DNA of 64,000 bases, taken from positions 2,112,001 to 2,176,000 of the forward strand of contig CAVTBU010000005.1 of the NCBI GenBank assembly GCA_963733035.1, read 5' to 3'. Origin of the DNA: Pirellulales bacterium (GTDB lineage: Bacteria; Planctomycetota; Planctomycetia; Pirellulales; PALSA-1355). The notes below the pieces were generated by a model. That model had not been told where the DNA came from. It did not search any database and saw only the letters and a program-made list of their open reading frames with translations. A program made the position numbers and the translations under genes. Below are positions 1-9,848 of the stretch, one piece after another (position 1 is the stretch's first letter; each line of letters opens with the position of its first letter).

Positions 1-1096
1 GCAGGCGACGCTGCTGACGGCGATGTTGTCGATCTGATCAGCGATGCTGGCAAATTCGTGGCCCGCGGGATTTTCAACAGCCGCAGCCGAATTCGCGTGC
101 GACTCTACACTTGGGACATCAATCAGCCACTCGCCGAAGCGTTCTGGCGGAGCAAGCTGGAAACGGCTCTCGCACTGCGGCACTCGCTAGGACTCGATGC
201 CCGCGACGGTGCCGCCCGACTTGTCTTTAGCGAGGCGGACGGGCTGAGCGGACTGGTCGTCGATCGCTACGCCGACTGGCTGGCCGTGCAAGTGACCGGT
301 TTGGGGATCGCACGGCGGCTTGAGGAAATCGTGGGCCAACTGCGGGAACTCATCCAGCCGCGCGGTATTTTCATCCGCACCGAAAAGGGCGTCGCCAGCG
401 CGGAGGGGATCGAACTGCGCGATGGCTTGTATTGGGGCGACGCGCCGCAAGGCCCGGTGTTCATCACCGAAAACGATTTGAGGTATGGCGTCGATCTGGC
501 TGAAGGGCAGAAAACGGGCTTCTATGTTGATCAGCGCGATAACCGCCTGGCGGCGGCGCGCTACTTTCGCAATCGGCGCGTCCTCGACATGTTCTGCTAC
601 AGCGGCGGTTTCAGTCTTAATGCTGCCCGGCATGGCCAGGCTCGGGAAGTGATCGGTTTCGATTCCAGCGCCAAGGCGGTCGCTCTGGCGCAAGCGAATG
701 CCGAACTGAATCAGGTGACCAACACGCGTTTCGAAGCGTCCGATAGTTTCAAAGCACTGGATGCCTTGCGTGACAACGGCGAGAAGTTCGGAGCCGTGAT
801 TCTCGACCCGCCCAAATTCGCGCAGTCGCGGCTCAGTTGTCGATGCTCTCCGGGCCTATCACCGCCTCAACCGGCAGGCAGTGGAACTGCTTGAACCAGG
901 CGGTATCCTCGTCACCTGCAGTTGCTCAGGTCACGTCACTCGCGAGGATTTTTTCTTCATGCTATTGGGGGTTGCCGAGCAGACGGGTCGCGATATCCAA
1001 GTGCTCGAAACGCGCGGCGCTTCGGCCGACCACCCCACGAGCGTGACTTGCCTCGAAAGTGAATATCTGAAATGTTTTATCTGCCGTCTGACGTAA
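1..1096 (+). CDS. RlmI/YccW-like class I SAM-dependent rRNA methyltransferase, 5' partial, frameshifted near 835
   Basis: Motifs DGLSGLVVDRY, GQKTGFYVDQRDNR, VLDMFCYSGGF and ILDPPKF. A second frame continues DALRAYHRLNRQAVELLEPGGILVTCSCS...DHP...EYLK. The frame is open from position 1. Confidence 0.85.
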
Positions 1097-1274
1097 AGCC
1101 CTGCTGAAAGTTCAAAACCTTGCGGCAATAGGTTGCAGGGTGCCCTCCGATTCGATTGAGAACCGCAAATCCACCGAGGCTGGCGCGAACCCTCAGGGCA
1201 GCCCGCGGTGTCGAGCTTGGGATCTCGGCGGGTGCCGCGGGACTAGGGTGGGGAGTTGGCAGTTGGGGCCGCTC

Positions 1275-1304
1275 TTGACCCCGCCTGCGCCGCCTGAATA
1301 CCAT
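1275..1304 (+). promoter_or_regulatory. Sigma70-like promoter (TTGACC-N18-TACCAT)
   Basis: -35 TTGACC at 1275-1280 and -10 TACCAT at 1299-1304, directly upstream of a hairpin-rich segment that ends in a terminator. Confidence 0.55.
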
Positions 1305-1413
1305 GAAGCTGTGCCGAGCTAACGTGGTTCGGCGGGACCAACGGCCCGGAGACGCCGCCGGTCAGGGCTGGCGGGAACTTCGGGATGGCCTTGGTTGGAA
1401 AGGAGGTGACCCT

Positions 1414-1446
1414 ATGTCTAGTGGTATACAGAGGTGGCTCGTTTAA
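1414..1446 (+). CDS. Putative 10-aa peptide MSSGIQRWLV
   Basis: ATG lies 7 nt after GGAGG within GAAAGGAGGTGA (1398-1409); TAA at 1444-1446. Confidence 0.3.
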   Translation: MSSGIQRWLV

Positions 1447-1537
1447 CGAGCAGCCGACGGGCTGCCTGCCTGAGAATCGGAACCTCTCGATTCCAGGGCA
1501 CGTTAGACAGCCACGTTTCTGAGACCTGTTAAGAGTG

Positions 1538-1573
1538 GAGCCGGCCGGAGCCCTTCTTCGGCCGGCTCTTTTT
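1538..1573 (+). terminator. Rho-independent terminator
   Basis: GAGCCGGCCGGA...TTCGGCCGGCTC stem followed by TTTTT. Confidence 0.8.
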
Positions 1574-1798
1574 CTGCGCCCAGCCGCAGACTGTCCCCCG
1601 TCCAAAGGCCCAACACCGGCCACGACCGGAATCCTTGTGATAATTGCGCAATGCGTTATTCCCGGAACCCGCAGTCGCAGTCGCAAAAACGCGATGTAAA
1701 CTCGTTTGAAGAGTGTTGCGGAGGGGAAACCGCAAAGCTAGCATGAATGCTCAATTTGGGATGATAGCGTTCACTTTGACGCCTCGGGAGGGATAGGA

Positions 1799-2830
1799 AT
1801 GCGGGCTGGAAAATCGATTCTCGTATGGGCGGCGGCTCTCATGATGGTCGCCAATCCGGCTTCGGCCTGTCGCTGGCGGTGTCGCACCTATTGCGGCCCG
1901 GTCTATTGCGCGCCGGCGTACTGTGCGCCAAGGTATTGCGGCCCGGTCTATTATGAGCCGACATATTGTGGCAGCGTGCCGGCCGACTGTTCCGCCGGTG
2001 GTGAAAGGACCGGTGGACCGGTCACGACCAATCGCGTGCCGGACCACGCGCCGGCCGAATCACCGACCCCGCAACCGACGATTGAACCAACAACGCCCGC
2101 AGCTCCGACGCAGCCGGCACCAGAGCCGTTTGAAGCACCCGCGTTCGAACCAGCGCCAGCCCCCGAAAAACCGATGCCCGCGGCTCCTGCCGAAGAACGG
2201 CTTGGACTTCCAACCGAACCGGCGCCAGCTGAAAAGGCCCCCGCAGAAGCACCAGCGGCGAAGTCCGAGGTGGAGGACCTGTTTAGCGAGCCAGCAGCGG
2301 AGCCGGCGATGCCGGCCGAAACAAAGCCCGAAGCACCGCCGTCCGACGTTGAAGACCTATTCAAAGACCCGGCCCCCGCTCCGCCGGCCGACAAGCCGAA
2401 AGACGAGGTCGACGATTTGTTCAAGGATCTGGACGACAAGAATGCGGCATCGGGCGAAGCCCACATCCCGGCGCCGGCCACTCCGGAAAACAAGGAAATC
2501 GAAGACCTGTTCAGCGATCCGCAGCCCGAATCGCCAATGAGCGCGGCGGTTGAACCGGCCCCAACGCCGGTCAAAGAAGCACCGACGCCGGTTGCAAACG
2601 TGTCGGAAGTCAAAACCGAGCTTCCGCGCCAAGACGCCGCGACGCGGCTGTGGACCGACAATACAGGCAAGTATCGGGTCCGCGGGCGGCTGGTCGTTGT
2701 AGGACCGACGCACGTGCGAATTCTCAAGGAGAACGGCAAGTTCACGACCGTGCCGTACGGAAGGCTGTCCCAAGCCGACCTGGCCTTCGTGAAGCGGCAC
2801 GCCAACGCCGCCGTTGTCGCCAGCTTCTAA
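1799..2830 (+). CDS. Secreted Pro/Ala/Glu-rich protein with C-terminal SHD1-like domain
   Basis: Signal peptide, YCGPVYC repeats, four (E/D)(V/I)(E/D)DLF motifs, and C-terminal RLWTDNTGKYRVRG...VPYGRLSQADLAFV typical of SHD1. Confidence 0.75.
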   Translation: MRAGKSILVWAAALMMVANPASACRWRCRTYCGPVYCAPAYCAPRYCGPVYYEPTYCGSVPADCSAGGERTGGPVTTNRVPDHAPAESPTPQPTIEPTTPAAPTQPAPEPFEAPAFEPAPAPEKPMPAAPAEERLGLPTEPAPAEKAPAEAPAAKSEVEDLFSEPAAEPAMPAETKPEAPPSDVEDLFKDPAPAPPADKPKDEVDDLFKDLDDKNAASGEAHIPAPATPENKEIEDLFSDPQPESPMSAAVEPAPTPVKEAPTPVANVSEVKTELPRQDAATRLWTDNTGKYRVRGRLVVVGPTHVRILKENGKFTTVPYGRLSQADLAFVKRHANAAVVASF

Positions 2831-2949
2831 CAGTATGCGACAAGACGCTGCCGAGCATCGTCCCGCTGCTTGGCAGGTAGGGCTACAATCACTGCCAGTG
2901 ATCCTGCCGGGTCATTGGCAGTTTTTCTTTGCGCAAGCGAGGACGCACA

Positions 2950-3711
2950 ATGAAATTCGCACCGTTGCTGTTAGCCCTGCTGGCCCTGGGTGCATCAATG
3001 CCGTCGTCGGACGCCGACGAGCCGCGCAAGCTTCTTCTGGTAGGCCAAAGTCCGGACGGGCATCCGGCGGGCACGCACGAATACATGCCCGGCGTCGAGC
3101 GGCTGGCCAAATTGCTCGAACCGAACACCGACTTGAAGATTACCGTCGCCAAGGCCGACGAACCCTGGCCCGACGGACCGCGGCTGATCAGCGAAGCCGA
3201 CGGCATCGTGATCTTCTTGTCCGAAGGCGCCAAGTGGTGTCTGACCGACCCACGGCGCCACGATGCGTTGACGCAACTTGCCGCGCGAGGCGGCGGGTTT
3301 GTCGCCTTGCACTGGGCCATGGGCACGCGCGAAACTAAACCCATCGAGCCATTCCTACAACTCTTTGGCGGTTGCCACGGCGGTCCCGACCGCAAGTACA
3401 TGGTGGTCCGCACGGAATTGCGACCGGCCGAACCGATCCATCCCATCGCAACCGGTCTTCACCCGCTGCAACTGCGTGAAGAGTTCTACTACCGGCTCAA
3501 ATTCGTCGATGCGACCCCGGGCGTCAAGCCGGTCATGCAGGCGATGATCGATGGACAGCCAGAAATCGTCGCCTGGGCGTGGCAACGTCCAGACGGCGGC
3601 AGGTCATTCGGCTACAGCGGCCTGCACTTCGATGACAACTGGCAGCTTCCAGAATACCCGCGGCTGATCAAACAAGCCGTCCTCTGGACAATGAAGTTGC
3701 CCATTGATTGA
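2950..3711 (+). CDS. ThuA-like domain protein
   Basis: Signal peptide; GHPAGTHEY, GGFVALHWA, EEFYY and GGRSFGYSGLH motifs. Confidence 0.75.
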   Translation: MKFAPLLLALLALGASMPSSDADEPRKLLLVGQSPDGHPAGTHEYMPGVERLAKLLEPNTDLKITVAKADEPWPDGPRLISEADGIVIFLSEGAKWCLTDPRRHDALTQLAARGGGFVALHWAMGTRETKPIEPFLQLFGGCHGGPDRKYMVVRTELRPAEPIHPIATGLHPLQLREEFYYRLKFVDATPGVKPVMQAMIDGQPEIVAWAWQRPDGGRSFGYSGLHFDDNWQLPEYPRLIKQAVLWTMKLPID

Positions 3712-3791
3712 GCCTCGTCTGGATGCGCAAAAAAAACGTGCAACCAAGGTTCTTTCTCGGCTGCACGCAAGATCAATCGAAAAGAATCTGC

Positions 3792-4496
3792 CTAGCGTTT
3801 GCGGCGCCAACGACAAACGCCCACCAGCGTTAGTCCCAGCGCAGCCAGGCACAACGTACTCGGCTCCGGCGCGGAAATCGTATCGACAACCACCTGAGCA
3901 ACGACGACATCCGGCTGGATGAAGATGTCAAACGTCTCCGAGTACGGATTCGGGAAAAGATTCCACACCTCGGTGCGATGGTAGAGATTGTTCAAGGGGT
4001 CAATCAGCACGTCGTTCGCACTCACGAAACTGCTGCTGACCGTGCCACCCGGAATCGATCCCAGGATGTTCGAGAGGCCCGGCGGCGGCAGCGTGGGATT
4101 TGGCTGGTAGGTAATCTGCACCCACAATTGCTTCCATGGCTCCGTGTCGATCCAATTCGGAATGCTGAACTGGAGAGCACCGCCGGTGTTGCCGATCCAC
4201 GATCCATTGAACACGGGATCCCAGATGATGCCGCCCAAGGGCGTCACGCTGGGTAGACCTCCCCCATCGCCAACGACCGGCGGCGGTAATAGCGCATCGG
4301 GAGGACCACCGTTAGGCGTCAGAAAATCCCACGCGGCAACCGTGGTCAGTGGCTCGCCGCGCCAGGGGGGCGGAACCAAGTCGTCGGCAAATACACGGCC
4401 AGGCGACGTAACGATCGCGATGCACGCGACGGCGGCAAGGGCAAGGTGAGTCAGAGTGGCTAAATGCCGACAGGATGATGCAATAGCGACGTTCAT
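3792..4496 (-). CDS. PEP-CTERM sorting domain protein
   Basis: C-terminal APEPSTLCLAALGLTLVGVCRWRRKR; N-terminal signal; GGAG upstream of ATG 4496. Confidence 0.85.
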   Translation of the reverse strand: MNVAIASSCRHLATLTHLALAAVACIAIVTSPGRVFADDLVPPPWRGEPLTTVAAWDFLTPNGGPPDALLPPPVVGDGGGLPSVTPLGGIIWDPVFNGSWIGNTGGALQFSIPNWIDTEPWKQLWVQITYQPNPTLPPPGLSNILGSIPGGTVSSSFVSANDVLIDPLNNLYHRTEVWNLFPNPYSETFDIFIQPDVVVAQVVVDTISAPEPSTLCLAALGLTLVGVCRWRRKR

Positions 4497-4841
4497 TGTC
4501 TGCGTTCTCCCAAGTAAGCGTGCAGCGAGGCAGGCACAAATTCCTACGCGCGACAGAGAAAAACTTGTGATGATCCAAGCTGAGATTCTTAATCCCCACT
4601 CTTTTGCACCGCAGACCCCTAGGAAGATTTGCGGTCGCATTGTTTCTCTCCAGAATTGCTTGAGATGACGTGGCTAGCGTCCCCTTTTCGACTCGAATGC
4701 GGATCGTGTCCACCCGACGGTTTTGGGCCGGTCGCATGGTAACGAACGAAAATTGTAAATGCAAATTTTATGTTGTTTTTTTGCGCAACACGGCGTCAAA
4801 CAATGGTTGTGCATCGCTCAAAAAGTCGAACCACCAAATGA

Positions 4842-5894
4842 CTATAAAATCTTGTAAGCCATTTTAATATCTATATTTGCACGACGAAGTTGACCGCATG
4901 CCGCGTCGATTTTGTCTCCCTTTCGCTCGCGAACCTGAACGTTCAGGCCTGCAAAACGAAGCACCTCTACAAACCGACTGACATCACCCGGCGAGGGGGT
5001 CTGATATGGGAGTCCGGCCACCGGGTTGTAGGGAATCACGTTGACGAGTGCCGTGCGGCCGCGAATCAAGGCGGCCAACCGCCGAGCGTGATCGGGCTGA
5101 TCATTGCGTCCGGCTAACAGCACGTACTCGAACGTCAATCGCCGGCCTGAAACTTCAAAGTAGCGATCGGCCGCGTCAAGGATGTCCGCCAGCGGGATGT
5201 TCTTGCTCACCTTGACCAGTTCGTGTCGCAATGCATCGTCGGGCGCATGCAGCGACACCGCCAGGTTGTAACGCGATTTTTCATCAGCCAGGCGGTGAAT
5301 CGCCTCCGGCAGCCCGACAGTCGAGATCGTGATCCGCCGGGGACTGATTCCCAGACCGTCAGCGGCGCTGGCCTGCCGAAGTGCCGGAAGCAACTGGTCC
5401 AGATTCGCCAACGGTTCGCCCATTCCCATTACCACGATGTGGCTCAGCCGCTCGTCCGTCGGTAACAAGCGGTCGAGTCGCAGCATCTGCTCGACAATCT
5501 CACCGGCCGTCAAATTGCGGGCGACACCGGCCAGGCCGCTGGCACAAAACACGCAACCCATGGCACAGCCGACCTGCGTGCTGATGCAAATCGTGCGGCG
5601 ACCTGCGTCGCGCAGCAACACGCACTCGATTTGTTGGCCATCGAAAAGTTGCACAAGGAGTTTTTCCGTGCCGTCATCGGTAACTTTGTGCAGGGGCACT
5701 TCGGTCGACCACACACGGAACTCGGCTGCCAGCAACTCTCGCAAAGAAGCGGGCAAATCGGTCATCGCGTCAAAGCTCGCGGCCCGGCCGGCGAATAACC
5801 AGCGGTGGATCTGCGCGTTGCGATATCGAGGCTGACCGTGTGCGGCCAACCAAGCGTCGAGATCTACGGCTGCCAGGTCGAGCAGATGGTTCAT
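4842..5894 (-). CDS. rlmN: 23S rRNA (adenine2503-C2)-methyltransferase, radical SAM
   Basis: CISTQVGCAMGCVFC, MGMGEP and IDAACGQL motifs. Confidence 0.95.
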   Translation of the reverse strand: MNHLLDLAAVDLDAWLAAHGQPRYRNAQIHRWLFAGRAASFDAMTDLPASLRELLAAEFRVWSTEVPLHKVTDDGTEKLLVQLFDGQQIECVLLRDAGRRTICISTQVGCAMGCVFCASGLAGVARNLTAGEIVEQMLRLDRLLPTDERLSHIVVMGMGEPLANLDQLLPALRQASAADGLGISPRRITISTVGLPEAIHRLADEKSRYNLAVSLHAPDDALRHELVKVSKNIPLADILDAADRYFEVSGRRLTFEYVLLAGRNDQPDHARRLAALIRGRTALVNVIPYNPVAGLPYQTPSPGDVSRFVEVLRFAGLNVQVRERKGDKIDAACGQLRRANIDIKMAYKIL

Positions 5895-6116
5895 CGGACA
5901 ATCAGTACCAAAGCGAATCTGACGTTCAAAAACGCATTTCCGGATGGATTATACGCGACCGGTTGCCCAGACTGTACGACGCTCCAGCGGCCACATGCCG
6001 GGGCGATCGTTGGGCGGAGCACAAATTGACAGTTTTCCCCCAGAATCTCACAATGCGCCTCACGACCCGCGGCGGTCGCGTCCGTTTCATTCATCAATGC
6101 GTCGAGGAACAAGAGC

Positions 6117-6791
6117 ATGTCGATGCCCGAACAACCGAATCCGTTCGATAGCCCCGAAACGGTCAGGCCAGGGATGAGCGGCGGCACGAAGGTGCTGCTC
6201 GGCGTGGGCATTGGCTGCGGCGTATTGGCCCTCCTTTGCTGCGGCGGCTTTGCCATCATGGCATTTACGTTCGGCCGCAGTTTTTCGCACGCCGCCAGCG
6301 ACGACCCGGAGACCATCCGCAAGGTCACCGAAAGCATCGTGAGCATTGAGATTCCGCCACCGCTCAAGCCCCAGGTGTCGCTCGATTGGACGATGCCGAT
6401 CGTCAATCGCAAGATGATGACCATGGCGATCTACGGAGACAAGGCGCAACACGAGAACCCTGCAAGCGTCGTGTTCCTCTTCCAAATGGATTCGGGCTTT
6501 GCCAACCGCGACATGCTCAAAGGACAATTCGAGCAGCAACTCCATCAATCGGGAAGGCAAGACTGGGAAGAAGTCGAGTTGGAAAAGTCCGAAGAGATCA
6601 CCATGGAGATCAACGGCAGCGCGGCCGAATTCAAATTCGGGCACGGCAAAGTGCGTGACGATGACCGCGAGGTATGGCAAGCCATCGGTGCATTTGATGG
6701 GAAGGGCGGCCCCGCGATGCTCTTCATGCAGCTCGACTCCGACGACTTCACCGAGGAACAAGCCCGAGCCATCATCCGTTCGATGAAATAG
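6117..6791 (+). CDS. Hypothetical membrane-anchored protein
   Basis: One N-terminal TM segment with GCGVLALLCCGG motif; coding-like composition. Confidence 0.7.
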   Translation: MSMPEQPNPFDSPETVRPGMSGGTKVLLGVGIGCGVLALLCCGGFAIMAFTFGRSFSHAASDDPETIRKVTESIVSIEIPPPLKPQVSLDWTMPIVNRKMMTMAIYGDKAQHENPASVVFLFQMDSGFANRDMLKGQFEQQLHQSGRQDWEEVELEKSEEITMEINGSAAEFKFGHGKVRDDDREVWQAIGAFDGKGGPAMLFMQLDSDDFTEEQARAIIRSMK

Positions 6792-6870
6792 CCCCGGCGA
6801 ATCACTGGGAAGTCGAACTCGACCGGTACGGACCGCCGCGAGAACCGGCTGACGTTGTGGGTGAGCTTCG

Positions 6871-7314
6871 CTATCTGCTTTTTGCGCCGTGAATCCGCCG
6901 TTCCAAGTCTCCACTGACAAGCGCGGCTTCCAACGCCTCGACATCGGTATACACGGCGTGGCTGAGAAACTTTACCACCCAGTTGTGCGACATCGGACTG
7001 ATCGTCACCACCACGCGGCCGTGCCGGTGGGCCTCCCACATTTCGATTGCAGTGCCCATCGAGGCCTCGGGCACAAATGCAAGCACGACGTCCACTTCGC
7101 GGCACAACTCGCAGTGATGAAAAAACACCTGGCGGCCCCGTGCGTCGTCGTACGATAGTGAGTCGGCGTGATCTGCCAATGGATCGTGGATTTCCGCTGC
7201 CGGGAAATGCTGTTCGAGCAAGGAGCGCAAGTGTCCACGGTATCCTTGATGATGCAAGGTCGCCGCCAGGTGCGAACCCTGCATGATACCTGCCAAAAAG
7301 AATCGCATTGCCAT
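6871..7314 (-). CDS. Nucleoside 2-deoxyribosyltransferase-like protein
   Basis: FFLAGIMQG, DVVLAFVP and SMGTAIEM match the NDT-like fold motifs. Confidence 0.6.
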   Translation of the reverse strand: MAMRFFLAGIMQGSHLAATLHHQGYRGHLRSLLEQHFPAAEIHDPLADHADSLSYDDARGRQVFFHHCELCREVDVVLAFVPEASMGTAIEMWEAHRHGRVVVTISPMSHNWVVKFLSHAVYTDVEALEAALVSGDLERRIHGAKSR

Positions 7315-7508
7315 GTCTCCCTGATCAATGCCCGCCTGCACGGGATGGTCCTGCCCTACGGCGCGTCCATGGACTAGGATAGAGACAGAGCGCCGTCCTC
7401 GACAGGGGGCGTTTGCCGTGGGCGGTAGAGGCCGTGCGCCGGGCCGCTTCGCGGCCTTGGGTCGTTGCAGGTAGTAGAACAGCCCCAGCCAGCGAACACA
7501 GTAAACCG

Positions 7509-8750
7509 ATGACCAAAGCGTCCACGCGCCGCCCGCGCCGAACGAGTTCCGCCGGTCGTCCGGCTTCCGCGTTGCAATTCTCTTTCAACCGCCGGTGCGC
7601 CGTTGACTTGGTAATGGAACTGATGGCCATTCCAGGCACGAGCGGCAGCGAGGGCGCCGTTGCCAGGTACATCACCGGCAAACTGCGCGATTGCGGGGCC
7701 CCACCTTCGACAATTCGTAGTGACAACGCACATAAGAAAACGCCGATCGCGGGTGAGATTGGGAACCTGATTTTTCAGATGCCCGGCACCCTGCGCGGAC
7801 CGCGGCGGCTGCTGATGGCGCACATGGACACGGTGCCGATTTGCGTCGGTTCCAAGCCGAAACGAAGCGGTCGGCTCGTCCGTTCGGCAAATCCGTCGAC
7901 CGGATTGGGTGCCGACGACCGGGCCGGAGTTGCCACCATCCTCTCGGCCGCGCTCGAGATCCTCGAGCAGAAACTGCCGCACCCGCCGCTGACCTTCTTT
8001 TGGCCGATTCAGGAAGAAGTTGGGTTGCAGGGGGCGCGGTGTGCCCAAACATCGCTGCTAGGAAAGCCAAAGCTGGCATTCAATTTCGATGGCGGCGCGG
8101 CAGAAAAGTTGACTGTCGGGGCCACGGGTGGCTACCGGATGCAAATCGAGGTCACCGGTCTGGCCTCGCATGCCGGAGGCGCGCCAGAGAAGGGGATCAG
8201 CGCGATTGCCATTGCCTCGCTGGCCATCGCCCGGCTTGTCGAGGACGGTTGGCACGGGCTGATCGAAAAAGACGGCGGGCAGGGGACTAGCAACGTCGGA
8301 TTCATCCAGGGCGGCCAGGCCACGAACGTCGTTACCGATCGCGTTGTGCTCAAAGCCGAGGCCCGCAGCCACGATCGCGCGTTTCGCCGGCAAATCATCA
8401 AAGCAATCGAAGCAGCCTTTCGTGACGCGGCTAGTCGGGTGCGCAACTCCGCCGGCAAACGCGGCACAGTTCGCTTCGAAGGGCATCTGGACTACGAGGC
8501 ATTTCGACTGGCCAAAGATGAACCTTCATTATTGGCCGCGGAGCAGTCGGTGCGCGCCGCCGGCCTGACGCCGCTGCGGGCGATTAGCAACGGCGGCCTG
8601 GATGCCAACTGGATGACCGCCCACGGTATCCCAACCGTCTCACTCGGTTGCGGCCAAATGAACATTCACACGACCTCCGAGTGCCTTGACCTGGCGGCCT
8701 TCGAGCATGCCTGCCAGATCGCCCTGTGGTTGGCCACCGAAAGCGAGTGA
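7509..8750 (+). CDS. M20/M25/M40 family metallopeptidase (peptidase T-like)
   Basis: AHMDTV, LGADDRAG, QEEVGLQG, SHAG, GGLDAN and IHTTSE motifs. Confidence 0.9.
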   Translation: MTKASTRRPRRTSSAGRPASALQFSFNRRCAVDLVMELMAIPGTSGSEGAVARYITGKLRDCGAPPSTIRSDNAHKKTPIAGEIGNLIFQMPGTLRGPRRLLMAHMDTVPICVGSKPKRSGRLVRSANPSTGLGADDRAGVATILSAALEILEQKLPHPPLTFFWPIQEEVGLQGARCAQTSLLGKPKLAFNFDGGAAEKLTVGATGGYRMQIEVTGLASHAGGAPEKGISAIAIASLAIARLVEDGWHGLIEKDGGQGTSNVGFIQGGQATNVVTDRVVLKAEARSHDRAFRRQIIKAIEAAFRDAASRVRNSAGKRGTVRFEGHLDYEAFRLAKDEPSLLAAEQSVRAAGLTPLRAISNGGLDANWMTAHGIPTVSLGCGQMNIHTTSECLDLAAFEHACQIALWLATESE

Positions 8751-8753
8751 CGC

Positions 8754-9047
8754 GTGCAACTTGACGACGAACTGTGCCTTTGCTTTCACGTCACCAAACG
8801 CAAGGTAGTCAACTACCTGCGTGTGGAGAAACCCAAGCGGCCCGGACAACTTGCCGACTGCTTCGGCGCGGGGACCGGGTGCGGCTGGTGCCGGACGTAC
8901 CTGCGCCGACTATTCGATGAGGCTCAGCGTGGCACGCCGGCCGATGTCGCCGAGCCAACCGCCGCCGAGTATGCCCAAGGTCGCACGAAGTATGTCAAGG
9001 CAGGTCATGGCACGCCGCCGGCCGGCGCCACGCCGATCGACAAGTAG
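8754..9047 (+). CDS. BFD-like (2Fe-2S)-binding protein
   Basis: CLCFHV...AGTGCGWC motif. Confidence 0.8.
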   Translation: MQLDDELCLCFHVTKRKVVNYLRVEKPKRPGQLADCFGAGTGCGWCRTYLRRLFDEAQRGTPADVAEPTAAEYAQGRTKYVKAGHGTPPAGATPIDK

Positions 9048-9246
9048 ACTGCCTGACGAGGGACAAATGGCAACTCGGCGACCCTTACGCGTTGCCCGGG
9101 CAAAAATCGCTCCGCACTACCCACAATCTACCCAGCTAGCCGGCAGCGGTAGAATTTATTATCATAGGGCCCTTCACCGCGTGGTTGGGCCGGCTTCCAT
9201 TGGCCAGTCCCGCGTCGACGATTTCCTTCCTCGAAAGCACACGAAT

Positions 9247-9567
9247 ATGGCCCGTAAAGTCCTTAATCGCAAGGAGTTGCGTGAGGAATCCGACGCTGCG
9301 GAACGCTCCGGCAAGACGAAGAAGAAGGCGGCCGACAAGACCGACGCTGAGGGCAAGAAGAAGCCCGTCAAGCGCAAGAGCCGTGCCAAAACGGCCAAGG
9401 AGGTTCGTCTGAAGGCCTTTTGGGGAGTCTTCAACCAGTCGATGAAACGCGTTGCCCTGTTCGAGTACAGCCAGCGGAAGCAGGCCGAAAAGAAGGCTGC
9501 CGAACTCTCAACCTCGGCCAAGTCGCCACACTTCGTGCAGCCGGTCAAAGAAGTGATTGAAGAGTAG
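9247..9567 (+). CDS. Small Lys-rich hypothetical protein
   Basis: MARKVLNRKELREE...LKAFWGVFNQSMKRVALFEY...HFVQPVKE; strongly biased codons. Confidence 0.75.
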   Translation: MARKVLNRKELREESDAAERSGKTKKKAADKTDAEGKKKPVKRKSRAKTAKEVRLKAFWGVFNQSMKRVALFEYSQRKQAEKKAAELSTSAKSPHFVQPVKEVIEE

Positions 9568-9848
9568 CCTTCAAGACTTTCACACCACACCGAAGCGTCT
9601 GATTGCTGACAAATTCGTCAGCGACGGACACGAGTTGCATCGACGGCGAACTCAAATCCTCGGTGTTTTTCCGCGAATCCGTCGCAATTGCCCCCTCCTG
9701 CTAGCCAAGAGCGCTTGCCCATGCGCCCGAGCGCGGTTCTTGACTAGAACTGGCGTTGCTTGACTGGCGCGGAGTTGCGCCGAAAATCGTTACGGGCAAT
9801 CGCCTTAGGAATTTTTGCCATTCGAACACGCTCAATTCGCTAGCTGCC

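Larger units (their letters stand above)
1311..1573 (+). ncRNA. Putative structured RNA or leader with a 10-codon sORF; family unknown
   Basis: Bounded by a promoter and an intrinsic terminator. Stems at 1313-1333, 1337-1395, 1437-1451, 1450-1465 and 1474-1493. No long credible ORF. Confidence 0.5.

Noticed and set aside
1398..1412. Possible 16S rRNA 3' end on the minus strand (TCACCTCCTTTC)
   Set aside because: Only the anti-SD stretch matches; no other 16S sequence is adjacent.
1355..1460. SRP RNA or tmRNA identity for the structured segment
   Set aside because: GGTCAGG and GCAGCC are present but not arranged as the SRP domain IV hairpin. There are no tRNA-like tmRNA ends.
4500..4842. AT-rich stretch as a possible horizontally acquired island
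   Set aside because: Short intergenic promoter region of the PEP-CTERM gene with no mobility signals.
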